NCBI GenBank assembly: GCA_016748015.1
Contig: JAAOMT010000672.1
Location: 137,428 to 201,427, forward strand
Reading direction: 5' to 3'
Origin: Geosiphon pyriformis uo1
Taxonomy: Eukaryota; Fungi; Glomeromycota
DNA length: 64,000 nt
Of the stretch, positions 14,701-26,835 are shown piece after piece (the first letter of the stretch is position 1; each line of letters starts with the position of its first letter). The position numbers and the translations under genes are program-made. Under the pieces are notes generated by a model that did no database searches, was not told the DNA's origin, and was given only the letters and a program-made list of their open reading frames with translations.

Positions 14701-15052
14701 AATCTGTTTTAAATTATGTAATATTAATCATTTTCATTAGTTAAAAATAAATCACATATATTACATTGAATTTGATGTATGCTATTTGTATATTGTAGTA
14801 TAAAAACACATCAAAATTTTTGGTGTAACTGCTTTTATTTTTGTACAACAAAAGTTTTTTTTGTTTTAAACAATATTTAAGTTATAAAAAAAACTTGTAT
14901 ATTATAAATATAAGTATAAAAATTTGTGTATCAAGTATTAGCTATAAATTCTAAAATGTTAAAAACAACATATTATGCAAAGTTTAACTCTTTAAACTAT
15001 TTTAGATAATATTTACTTAAATATATTAATTAGTACTGTAATTAATAGTATA

Positions 15053-16196
15053 AAAACTTTTTTTTTCTTCTTTGTTCCAAATTCCTAAAAAAGAGTCTTA
15101 AGTTTTTTGAAAGAAGTTTTTTTACAATTTAGTACAATAAATTTAAACACTTTATTCTTGACTACAAGACCATTATTGGCTGTAGTATTGCTGTTATAAA
15201 AAAAGCTGTTAAAGTTTCCAGTTCTAATAATGGCTTTAGATCTGTTCTTCCGAGGAAAAAGAAGAGAGATAATGCTTTAGAAGATGGCTCTGGTAGTGAA
15301 AATGTTGGTCCTAAAGTTCAGAATAGTCGTTTATGGAGTTCAAAGACTGGTAACACCATTGAGTCTGATAGTATTAATATGGAGAAAAAATGTCTGGTAA
15401 AAGAGACTAGTTTTGATTATAGTAAAAACAGTGCTCTTAATGAAGGAAATTTTAATCAAACACTTACTGGTTCGAAGATCAAAACCAAGAAGACATTGGG
15501 CAAACTATTGGAAAAAATTAATTTTTCATTAAGTAGTGATGAGGATAATGTTCTTTTAAATACTCTATTGAAACTTTCCCCACCTTTAAAGAATCTGGTC
15601 AATATTTTTGTTTGCAAATTTTTTGCTTTGGATATTAGACAAGATAGTTGGAAAATTCTCTCAAAAGAAGCTTTAAATGGTCAAAAAGTTGTTTTCAAAA
15701 ATCAATGATTTTGGGAGGGCCTTTACCCCCTCAAAGTTTGCTGGAATCATTAAAATGACATTCACTTCTGAATTAAGTTTGGCACAGGCTTCTAAAAAAG
15801 CTAAAGAAGTAAAAATCTTGGTTAATGCTAATTTCAACAGATCTATTGGGCATTCAGATCAGGCTGTGGTGTTGAAAGAAATTCCAGTTGGAACATCAGT
15901 TGAGGCTGTGCATATTGCACTATCTGAATTTAGATCAATCAAGTCAATTAAGATGCAATTGGTAGAGCTGTGGCAGAAAGCAGTAGTTGAGTTTGATTAG
16001 GTGAATTATGCTAATTTTGTCACAGCAAAATGGTCTATTCTAATTAGGAAAAATGCAGTGTGTGTTGTTAGGTCTAATATAAACAAAGAATCATGGGATG
16101 CAAAAGACAATTATAAGGTGCTGCTCTATACTCTCCTTGTGAGAACAAATGCTCATAACATTTGGGATTTTATTGGTTCTGTGGATGGGAAAACAT
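15053..16196 (+). mobile_element. LINE2, 5' fragment (5' UTR + N-terminal ORF1), cut by element A
   Basis: AAAACTTTTTTTTTCTT start; ORFs 15379-16216 homologous to ORF1 of LINE1/LINE3; left TSD AATTAATAGTATA 15040-15052. Confidence 0.85.
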
Positions 16197-17049
16197 TGTT
16201 ACTTATAGAAATATAGGGAATATATATTAGCATAGTTATTAGCCAATCAGAAGTAGACATAGTAAAATGTGGAATTCCAGGATTCTTCTTAGAAATTGCA
16301 GGATTCCAGGAATTACAAGATTCTCACAAAGAATTGCAGGATTCCAGAATTCCAAGATTCCTCTCAAAGAAATTGCAGGATTCCTGTTGTAAAGAATTGA
16401 GGAATTGAAAAATCTCAATTATGTATATATAGCAGTAAGATTAAAAGCTGAAAAAACAGACCTCTCAGTTTAGATTTCATCTAGACAATTTTCCAAACCA
16501 CAAATAAATAACTATTTGTTATCTCAAACCCACTACCACTATTAACACTCCATGTTGATAGTAATTAATACTTAACCATACTGGAACAATAGCTCTTGAT
16601 TATAGCTATTAACGGAATACTAACTTGCAAATTGCCTTAGCTTATTTTTTTTTTCTTTTTTTCTTTTATTTTATTTTCTTTATTTCTTGTTTTGATTTTA
16701 TTGTTGTTTACTAACTCTATTGAGGATTAACACGTGGAATACTGACATCAGGATAAACGTGACTGGTAAAAGACCCAGAAATAAGGGTAGAACACTCAGT
16801 TGAGGATAGCTTACCAAGAGAAATACCGGCCATTAAGCTGAGAAAGAAATTGACAAAACTGTGGTTTTGGGAAGCTACAGATAAACTATTATCATTGAAT
16901 CTCTGTTCATTATACAAAGGACTCAACTCTAAAAAAAAAAACTCTTCAGATACAACCAATGTACCAGTATTACCAGCATTGTCAAGATATTGAGCACCAA
17001 ATTATGGATTTGTTATTTAATTTGAGACTCCAAATAATCATCTGTAACA
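16197..17049 (+). repeat. Element A 5' LTR (853 bp)
   Basis: 6-bp terminal inverted repeat; CCAAT 16243-16247; GGA(A)TTCC repeat array ~16270-16410; TATATATA 16424-16431; repeated at 25462-25887. Confidence 0.95.
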
Positions 17050-17051
17050 TT

Positions 17052-17062
17052 TGGTGCTCTCT
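17052..17062 (+). promoter_or_regulatory. Primer-binding site TGGTGCTCTCT
   Basis: TGG start 2 nt after the LTR; same 11-mer at B (34765-34775, minus) and C (46383-46393, minus). Confidence 0.9.
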
Positions 17063-17111
17063 ATGAAGTATAATTCTACAGAAAACCAGCACCATCAATA
17101 ATCATCCAAAA

Positions 17112-20100
17112 GTGGCAGAATCAGAAATCATAGGAACAAACTATTTAGGATTTGCCAAATCTTTATTCCAACAGTACAGTCAACAATTAGGATTGAACAA
17201 TAATCATTTCCCAGCAGAATCAGCCTTCAACTTTTATGTCAACAATAAAATCACAGACTGTTTAAGAGGAACAATTAACATTGAATTTGCAAGAGAAAAT
17301 TTCTATACAGAATTATTTCAATATACCAGCTTACCAAGAAACTACAGTTTTGCACCAATTATTAGGGAAATAAATCAAACTATTGAAAGGTATATGCAAC
17401 AACAATTCCCTATCACCTACACAGATAAAGGCAAAAAAAGATTGCAAACCCCAGCAGTAACACCAAAACAAATCCAACCATCCAATTGGAAGAAAACCTG
17501 AGTTGAATCACTCACCCATCCATCATACTATTATATGCCTAGAAGTGCTATTAACATCTTATCAATAGACGTGTCCACATTAAACACGACATCAACCTTT
17601 GGACACTTTCTATTTTTAAGTAAACAACAAAAAACAGAGTTATTAGGACCATATGGTGATTACTTTGAAGGATTTAAATTGCAATTGCCAATGCCATCAG
17701 GATTTCAATCACTGCTATCTCAACCAGATTTCGGAAACACGAGTTCTTGGAAAATAACGGAATCAGAAGAAAAGGAAGAAGAAGAATCTGAAGATCAAGA
17801 ATTTACTTACCAGAACCTGATCACAGAAAACTCGGAATTTGGAACCCTAAATCTTTAAACCCAGCAAAATTTAAATCCAGAAAATCTGAAAATTGAAACT
17901 CCGAATATTCAGACACTGCCAATTTAGGATAATTAAAACCCCAATCTAATTGATCAACCAAACTTACTGCCAATAATCATCATTGATCAACCACCAATTA
18001 ATCCAATAGCCGAACTCATATAGCAGCCACTTCAACTACCATCTCAACAACTGGTACAACAACAACTGCTTCAATAGCCACCACAACAACCCAACTTAGA
18101 TCCAATGGCATACGCACCTATTGTGAAGCTAGACAATTTCACTGGCGAAGAGGATGACGCTCAAGTATGGCTGAATGATGTGGAAAAAGCCATTACAGCT
18201 AATGGATAGAATAATGCCCAAGCAATACAAGCTATTCCCTATTTTCTCAAGAATACTGCTAATTCATGATATCAAAGCTTGATTAATAAGCCACAAGACT
18301 TCAATACCTTCAAAATAGAATTCTTAAGATACTTTAGCAACAATAACAGTATCAATTGTCTAGTCAATACTTTCACCACCATGAAGCAAGAAGAAACTGA
18401 AGCAGTTACCACTTACCTGAGACACTTTTACAGAAATCTACACCAAATTCAAGCAATTGACGCCAACTATTTCACAGCACCACAGATTCTCAACCAGTTT
18501 ATCCATGGTCTGTGCAGCAGCATCTTGTAACATATATGTCCGTTATATCCTGGCACCCTTCAAGATGCAGTCACATGCACCAGAGATTTCAAATCAGCTG
18601 AGTCTGAAGCCAACCATGCCCAAGCCATCAATCTAGTAATGAATGGATCATCTGAATTGGATTCCAAATTGGAGAAATTCAGAGAAACAATTAATCAGAA
18701 ATTAGAGAAATACTTAGCTAACAACAATCAAGCAATTTATCAACTGCCACAATGACATAATAATTCAGGAACCACAAATTGTTTCCCAAATCAATTGTGG
18801 CCATCATCCTCCACCAATCAGTTGTGACAGCCAGAGATGTGTGTTTGCCACAACTGTGGTAAACAAAGACACATTAGAGCTGACTGCTAATTTTATAGCA
18901 ACACTTAATGATTGGGAAATCAATATTAAAACCCTGATCACAGATTTCAGATTCTGAATTACCACCTAAATCAGGACCAATATCAAAACACTTACCTGTC
19001 TATAACACAGCAATCAATCTATCAGCCAACCATATATTAACCTTTAACCTATCAACCACAACCACCAGCACTTTATTAACCACAGCCTTAAATTATTTAT
19101 CAACTCCAACAAACAGTTCAAACTCCACCAAATCCAGCCACTATGACATCAGGAAACCCGAAACATCAAATCACGCAAAATTGAAAATTGGCAATAGTTG
19201 TTCATCAACCAATCTCCAGCTTTCCTCACCAACCAATGGGATCATGTTCTCAGAGTTCAGGAACTGGGTACATCCAACACCCAAATTCCCAGAACTATTT
19301 AAGTCTTCTGGTGACCCCAGAAGACACCCAACCCAATTATCTAGAAAACAACCAACAACTGCCACTCACCAGCAACATTTCACCAGCAACAGTTACCAAA
19401 AATAAAACTCTTACTGCCATCTTTCCTTTTGAATTAGAGGAAACCGTCAACTCACTGTTGTTCAGTGGAACAGCACGTAAGAAAAAACTCATCACTGCGA
19501 TGTACACTGATGCAAAAATTGATGAGCACTTCATTAAACTGATCTTAGATAATGAATCAACTGGCAGCATCATCACAAAACAACTCATGGACCAATTAGG
19601 TCACCAAGTTGATCATGCTGGCAGTGCAAGAATTATCACTGCTGATGAAGCTACCAAAACTCCAATTGGCAAAATAGATAACTTCTCCATCAAAGTCAAT
19701 GGCATCACAATACCCATCAAAGTTCTGATGATGGAAGCCACTTAGTATCAAGCACTCATTGGCAATGATTGGTTATCCAAAACCAATGCAATGCTCGACT
19801 GGACCACCCAAGAACTTCAACTCAGCAAAAATGGCTAATACACGCGAGTTCTAGCAACATGTGGCCATTTCAAACCCAGCAATGTTAGGACAACAACACT
19901 GCTTATTGAATTCGAAAAGAAAGAAAACAAACCAATGTGGGAAGTGTATCAAATATCATGGACTGATGTCGATTACAACAAACTGCTGCCAATACTTTTC
20001 TGGGATGACAACAACAATGGGAAAGAAAAACAAAAAGCAGAACTTACTTGGGAAACAGATAATCTGACTTGGACTAATAATAATGAACCAACATCGAGCT

Positions 20101-23100
20101 GGAAATGGGAAGAAAGCAAAGAAAGCAATAAAGGGAAGGGAAAAGAGAAGGAAGAAGAAACAACACTCACCAACATTACTACTTATAACTCACACACCTA
20201 TCCATCATCACCAATTAATTATTGTCAACCAAAGTTGATATGTGTCGATTGTGACAAGAAATTGTTATCAATGGGCGCATGCTGTGATGATGATGAAGAA
20301 TATTCAATGGTCACCAGATTTTACTGCCGTGCATGCATTATAGAGCATTTTAGATGACTGAAATGACAAGGAAAGTGAGACAATCAACCATGTCTCGCAT
20401 GTGGAACTATCTTGCCTAACAAATGAATATGGAATGACATTCTTGGACAAGAAAAAATGTGTGATGAGACATACCAGTACACCATCTTGATAAACAATTG
20501 GATATGCAAGGGAATACCAATTGACGATGCATAGAAAAGAGCACTATAACAATTAAAAAGATATTCCCATAATGAACATGAACTTTGGAGAATGACATAT
20601 GTAAAAGTAAAAGGCGCAACAACCAGCAAATTACTGGAAATAAAAAACAATTCTTTATCTTTTCCTGAACCTGAATACATCCAAACTTTCAATGTTTTTG
20701 GTAACATCGAGGATAATTCAGAAGAATTCTATGAACATTACCAGTAATTAGCACTCACAATAAAAGAGCAGAAACAATGCTTGGAAGAAATTAACACTTG
20801 ACTATGTAACCACTGTTTGATTCCATGTAACTTCCAGTATTGTAATGAGTGTGATCTCATTTACAATCCACCACCACACATAATCTACACGATCCCAGAA
20901 GAGGAAGAACCAATCAACAGCTGTGCATCAGAATTGGAATCAACTTTCAATCCCAATTCAAACTCTAACAATGACAATGACAAAAACAATGGTTCCAGCT
21001 CTGCTCTAAATGGCAACAAAAATTACGATGATTCAAACTCTGATTCAAATCCTGAAACATTTATTGCACTTCCTGATTTCTCCAAAGAACAAGAACTCAA
21101 ATGGTATAGTGATAATAATAAAAGTATCATGCCAGAATGCACACATGATACTGATGCAGAGTTTGATCTGAGATATCCAGGAAAAAAAGCCATAAAACTG
21201 GAACCAAATTCGTGTACATGTATTGATCTCAAAATAGCTCTGGAAATTCCAGCAACAACCATGGTTCAGTTAGCATTTAGGAGTAGTTTAGCGAAAAAGG
21301 GAATCAACATCAGAAGAGAAATAATTGACACAGGGTATGTAGGAAATATTATTGCTATGCTACAAAATGATTCTGAAAAGGCCTATATCATAGAGCCAAA
21401 CGAAAAGATAGCACAAACAATATTTCTACCTTTGGTAAAAATAGTCCAATTAGTGTTAGTAGAAAACAGGGAAGAATTAAGAATTACTGCTAAAGAGATA
21501 CAGGGATTCGAATCAACAGGTAGAATAGATATACCAGTTAATATGGCAGAAGAAAAGGTTATTGACAAAAGAGAAATTATCTTAACCCATCAATCAATTT
21601 TCATTCCATCATATGACCAGTATATGTTACTTATAAAAAGAAAAGTAAAGAATCAGGCTCAGTTGTTTGAAGCAGAAGCCACTATTTGCAAATCAGGAGA
21701 AATTGGACTCACTAACCTCTACATATCAGCCAAAAGCCCCAAAAACATCAAAATTCCCATTTACAACACAACTGGAAGTGTTATTGAAATACCAAAGGGA
21801 ACTATTATTGGATATTTGACTACTGAAGTTGAGGATCAACCACCAAATCACATTCCAGATTTTTCACAGCTTTGTGGATATGTGAACATTACATCACAAA
21901 CCATCTACGGACAAAGTAAATATTATCTGTTTCAACCAGAACAATTAGAACAAATGAACATGGAGAATCTAGATCCACTTTAATAGATGCAACTCAAGAT
22001 GTTACTCAACAATTTCAAGGACATCTTTGCTAGTGAAAATGAATTTGGCCAAACCAACATTATCCAATATCAGATCAAGACTAGAAATACAATGCCAATT
22101 AAACAAAGAGCATACAAAGTACCACTAGCTAGCCATGAGATCATTCGACAAAAAATCAACTGGATGCTTGACAACGGGCTAATTCAGCCATCAATGAGTC
22201 CATGATCATCACCAGTAGTACTAGTCTATAAGAAGAATGGAAAAATCCATTTTTGTGTAGACTATCAGAAACTGAATGGAGTAACAAAAGGTGATAGCTA
22301 TCCAACTCCAAAGATCCAAGAATTATTTGATGCTTTTGGAGAAAATAAATGGTTTTCAACACTAGACTTAGATAGTGGTTACTGACAAGTAGCCATGGAT
22401 CCAGCCGACAAATAAAAAACAGCATTCACCATAAGAGAAGGAAATTTTAAGTTTGAAGTCATGCCATTTGGCTTGATGAATGCTTCAGCAACATTTCAAT
22501 GGCTCATAAAAATTGTCTATACTGAATTACTATGAAAATCAGTAGTCATATATTTGGATAACACCAATGTGTTCTCAAAAACATTTGATGATCATCTGCA
22601 TCATCTCCAACAAGTGTTTGAAAGATTGAAAAGATCAGGATTGAAACTAAATGCAACCAAATGTTTCTTTGGAAAAACTAAACTCAAGTTTTTGGGACAT
22701 GTAGTGAGCAAAGATGAAATCAAAATGGATTCAGACAAGATTGAAGTAGTTAAGAACTTTCTGGTACTAACCAACTTGACAGAACTAAGAGCATTTTTAG
22801 GTTTTGCAAGCTATTATTGCCGTTTTATCAAAAACTTTTCAAAACTGGCTCAGCCATTTCACCATCTACAGACCAAAAATGTGAAGTATGAATGAATTGA
22901 AACTCAACAAGAAGCATTTGACACATTAAGAAGAAAGCTTATCCAAGCTCCAGTATTGATGTATCCAGATCACAGCAAACCATTCATAATTACCAACAAT
23001 ACATCAGGTCAAATATTGGGAGCAGTACTATCACAGAAAAGACCAAATAAAAGAAAACATTCAGTAGCTTATGCCAATAGAAGCTTAAGTCCAGCCGAAA

Positions 23101-23354
23101 AAAACTATGGAACACCAGCACTGGAACACTTAGCAATCTATTGGGCAGTCATGAAATAGAGAGAATACTTGAGCCAAAAATTCGAAATATATATGGATCA
23201 CAAGGAATTGACTTCAATTCAGAAACAAAAATTTACAGACGATCAATATGTCAGATGGAAAATAGAACTTTTACCATTTTATTATACAGTACATTATAAA
23301 AAAAGAAAAAACAATGGAAATGCTGACGGTTTGTCGAGAATGAAACAAATCTAA
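17112..23354 (+). pseudogene. Element A gag-pol: N-terminal extension, Gag, zinc knuckle, aspartic protease, Cys-rich module, dUTPase, RT, RNase H (one frame, many nonsense mutations)
   Basis: All fragments 17112-23169 start in the same frame; CHNCGKQRHIRADC ~18846; LILDNESTGSII (decayed DSG); RT MPFGLMNA, YLDN (YLDD); RH ends NADGLSRMKQI*. Confidence 0.9.
21096..21521 (+). pseudogene. dut: dUTPase domain in element A pol
   Basis: Trimeric dUTPase motifs 1-5 in order: DAEFDL, RSSLAKKG, IIDTGYVG, EKIAQ, KEIQGFESTG. Confidence 0.9.
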
Positions 23355-23384
23355 AAACATTTCAACCCAAAAATATAACAAAAC

Positions 23385-24764
23385 ATGAATACACAAAAAT
23401 ATCAACAATTTTAACTCTATATAAATACCCAACAGTTCAAGGAAAAATTATCTTAAAAGAAACAAAACAACATTAAAAAACAATCAAAATATTTTATCAA
23501 TTACTAAAACATACTTTACTGGAAAAACAGAAAAAATCCAAATCAACCAACCAGAGTAATTACGAAACCAGAGAAAGAGACAATATTGTTCAACATGTAT
23601 TCAGATCCAACAGCAGAACATTTTTATAAAGAAGCAACAATAAAAAGAACCAGAAAAAGATACTATTGGCTATTAATGTATTCAGACATCATCTAATATG
23701 TGCAAAATTGTGATGCTTGTCAAAGAAAAGGAGGAACAAGACCCAGCAAACCATTGAGACCAATTAAAGTGGGACAACTATTTGACTGCATTGGAATCAA
23801 TTTAGTCGGACCATTGACAATTACCAGCAGAGGCAACAGATATATTGCAGTAGTCATGGACTATCTTACAAAATAGCCAGAAGCAAAGACAATTCAAAGA
23901 GCAGATACAGAATCCATTGCCGAATTCGTCCATCAAGATTTGATTTGTCGACATGGATGTCCAAAAGAACTATTATCAGACCAAGGAACCTATTTTGTGA
24001 ATAGAACATTAGCAGAACTAAGCCAAAGATTCGGAATTAAGAGATCACTATTATTATCATACCATTCACAAACCAATGGATTAGTTAAAAGATTCAACAG
24101 AACATTGTGTAAAGCAATAGCTAAGCTCAGCCAAGAAAACCAGAATAATTGGGATGTGTTGATACCATCAGTACTATTTACTTATCGAACAATGAAACAA
24201 GACACTATACAAGCAACATTATTTGAATTAGTATACAGTAGAACAGCAACATTACCAGTTGAGATAGAGGTTAACACATATTCAACTAAACCAATAACAA
24301 AAGAGAATTTTCAAGAAACATTGTTAAGAAAAACATATAACTTAATGGAAACATTGGAAAACAAATGAAAAAGAGCAGCTGATAACATACAAAAATCACA
24401 AAAAAAACAGAAAAAAAGACATGATAATCAACTACCAAACAAACTAGTTAAATTCAAGATTGAAGACAAAGTACTCTTACATTATACCAAAGCAGAAAAA
24501 CAATGGAGTGAAAAATTTGATTCCAAATGGGACAAACCATTTTACATAGAAGAAATTCTAGAGAATGGAGCTTACAAATTAAGACTGGATAACAAAATTT
24601 TAACCAAAGCAGCACATGGAGATCGACTGAAATCATACCACAACATCATACCACCATTTACCAGTAATATTCCACAATTAGGAGTACAGAGGATACTAGT
24701 CCAACCAGAAGAGATTCCACGAGATTTGGAACCAATCATCATTATTGACAACATGTTAAATTAA
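23385..24764 (+). pseudogene. Element A stand-alone integrase ORF (HHCC, DDE, GPF/Y-like; no chromodomain seen)
   Basis: Own ATG 30 nt after RH stop; CDACQ, SDQGTYF, NGLVKRFN, WDKPFY; ends IDNMLN*. Confidence 0.85.
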
Positions 24765-24788
24765 TCCATCAAAAAAATATATAAAAAC

Positions 24789-25448
24789 ATGGTAGTTGCA
24801 ACAAGAAATATCAGAAAAATGGAAATTACAGACAATATTGACTCACTAGCACAACAACTCTTTCAATTGATTCAATATCAAAAAATGAAAATTACAATTA
24901 ATCAACAAACCATCTGATATCAAGACACTAAAAAGATATCGCCACATAGAACACAGAAAAAAACAGAAAATACCATTGACAAAATCATTGCAAAAGTAAA
25001 ATTAGCAATAAAAAAGTCGACAAAAGAGTCACTATACCAAGAGTTGACTAAAGAAACTTGAAATTGGTGGATACAACAATTTCCAAGAAACTATTGTTAT
25101 TTTTACTTGGGACAACATGTGAATATCCAGAATCTATATACAGATAAAACAAAGTGATTATTTGACACAAAAATACTACAACAATTAGAACATTTTGTGA
25201 GAAAGAACAACTTATCCACACAGACCCGAGCCATATACCAAATACACACAGTATTTCAGGATTGACCAGAAATCTTACTTAACAAAGCAATAGATACAGT
25301 TACCAGTAATCAATTAGGAAAGATCACCAATGCTCAATTTAAAGAATTACAGACTCAAATAACACAAATAATTCTCAAAAATGAAATTCAGGAAATACTT
25401 CAAGAAGGAGAATTAACAGAGTTAGATTTTGATAGAGCTCAATATTAA
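24789..25448 (+). pseudogene. Element A ORF3 (219 codons, unknown function, a few nonsense mutations)
   Basis: ATG 24789 to TAA 25446-25448 abutting the PPT; same 660-nt length in C and D; motifs shared with intact ORF 26836-27555. Confidence 0.8.
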
Positions 25449-26835
25449 AAGGAGGGAATAATGTTACTTATAGAAATATAGGGAATATATATTAGCATAG
25501 TTATTAACCAATCAGAAGTAGACATAGTAAAATGTGGAATTCCAGGATTCTTCTCAGGAATTGCAGGATTCTAGGAATTACAGAATTCTTACAAGGAATC
25601 ACAGGATTCCAGAATTCCAGGATTCCTCTTAAAGGAATTGCAAGATTTCAGGAATCTCAGAATTTTTGTTGTAAAGAATTGAGAAATTGAGAAATCTTAA
25701 TTATGTATATATAGCAGTAGGATTAGAAGCTAAAAAGACAGATCTTTCAGTTTAGATTTCATCTAGACAACTTTCCAAACCACAAATAAATAACTGTTTG
25801 TTATCTCAAATCTGCTATCACTATCAACACTTCATGTTAATAGTAATTGATACTTAATCACATTAGAACAATAGCTTTTGATTATGGTGTTACCAGAGGT
25901 TTTTGGTCTCTTTTCTGTAATGTTGTTGATGCTTGTTTGCTGTGAATTCACGTTTTCTGGATGTGGTTGAACCTCCAATAACTGAATTTATCTTCAAATT
26001 ATCTCCTATAATTTGAACTTGCTGGGCTTATAAGTAGAATGGCCAATTCCATGCCAGTTGCTTTATGTAGTTACGTTGTAATAAACATCAACTCTTTTCT
26101 AGGAATTGCTCATCTGGAAGCTCACTAAAAATGTGTAGTTACTTTGCTGTAAAAGTCAACTCTTCTACAGGAATCTTGTCTGTAGGCTACCCCAATGATT
26201 GTAATAAGAAAATAAAAGAAAATAAAAGAAATATAAAAGAAATAAAATTTTGTTGAGGGAAACGTTTTCTATCCAGGCCTGGAGTCACTAACAGTTTACT
26301 GAAATTGGTAGCTAATCAATTTCGAAATGTTAGTTGGGTTTTGGAGATTTTCTAAGTACAATAATTGAAGAATTTGGTTTTTCGAATTATTTGATATTTA
26401 TTTCTTTTTGTGTGTATAGGAATAGTTTTTAAGAGATAAATCTAAGGTAAGATACATTTTCTCGAAGAGAGAAGTTCTTCTTTTATACAACTTGTCATAA
26501 CACTATTCTATGAACTTGAACTTTGCTATTTTCTAAAATTTTGCTGAACTAAAAATACATTTCGGCAAATTACAAGTTATTTTGGCGAACTATTAGATAT
26601 TTCGGTGAACTATCAATTATTTCAGCGAATTTCTACAAATTTTGGCAAACTTCTGAATGTTACATAGTTCGGGGTATTGCATGATTGATCATCACAATTA
26701 GGTTACATTTGTGTTGTGTACAATTTGGGTTATTAATTAAATGATAATTTCGGACATTTTTGCTAATGTAATAAGTGATCATTTGATATGATAATATATG
26801 CTAATTAATGATAGAAATTATAAGATAATTTCATG

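Larger units (their letters stand above)
16197..25887 (+). mobile_element. Element A: dUTPase-bearing Ty3/Gypsy LTR retrotransposon; 3' LTR cut by element B
   Basis: 5' LTR 16197-17049 (TGTTAC...GTAACA), PBS, gag-pol, IN, ORF3, PPT AAAAGGAGGGAATAA 25447-25461, 3' LTR restarts TGTTACTTATAG at 25462; order PR-RT-RH-IN. Confidence 0.95.

Noticed and set aside
16270-16410. Repeat arrays in LTRs as CRISPR-like arrays
   Set aside because: Degenerate tandem units with no unique spacers, no cas genes, eukaryotic LTR context.
17004-17111. In-frame ATG in A's U5 as the Gag start
   Set aside because: C's 5' LTR has ACG at this position, so it is probably CpG decay; no equivalent in B.
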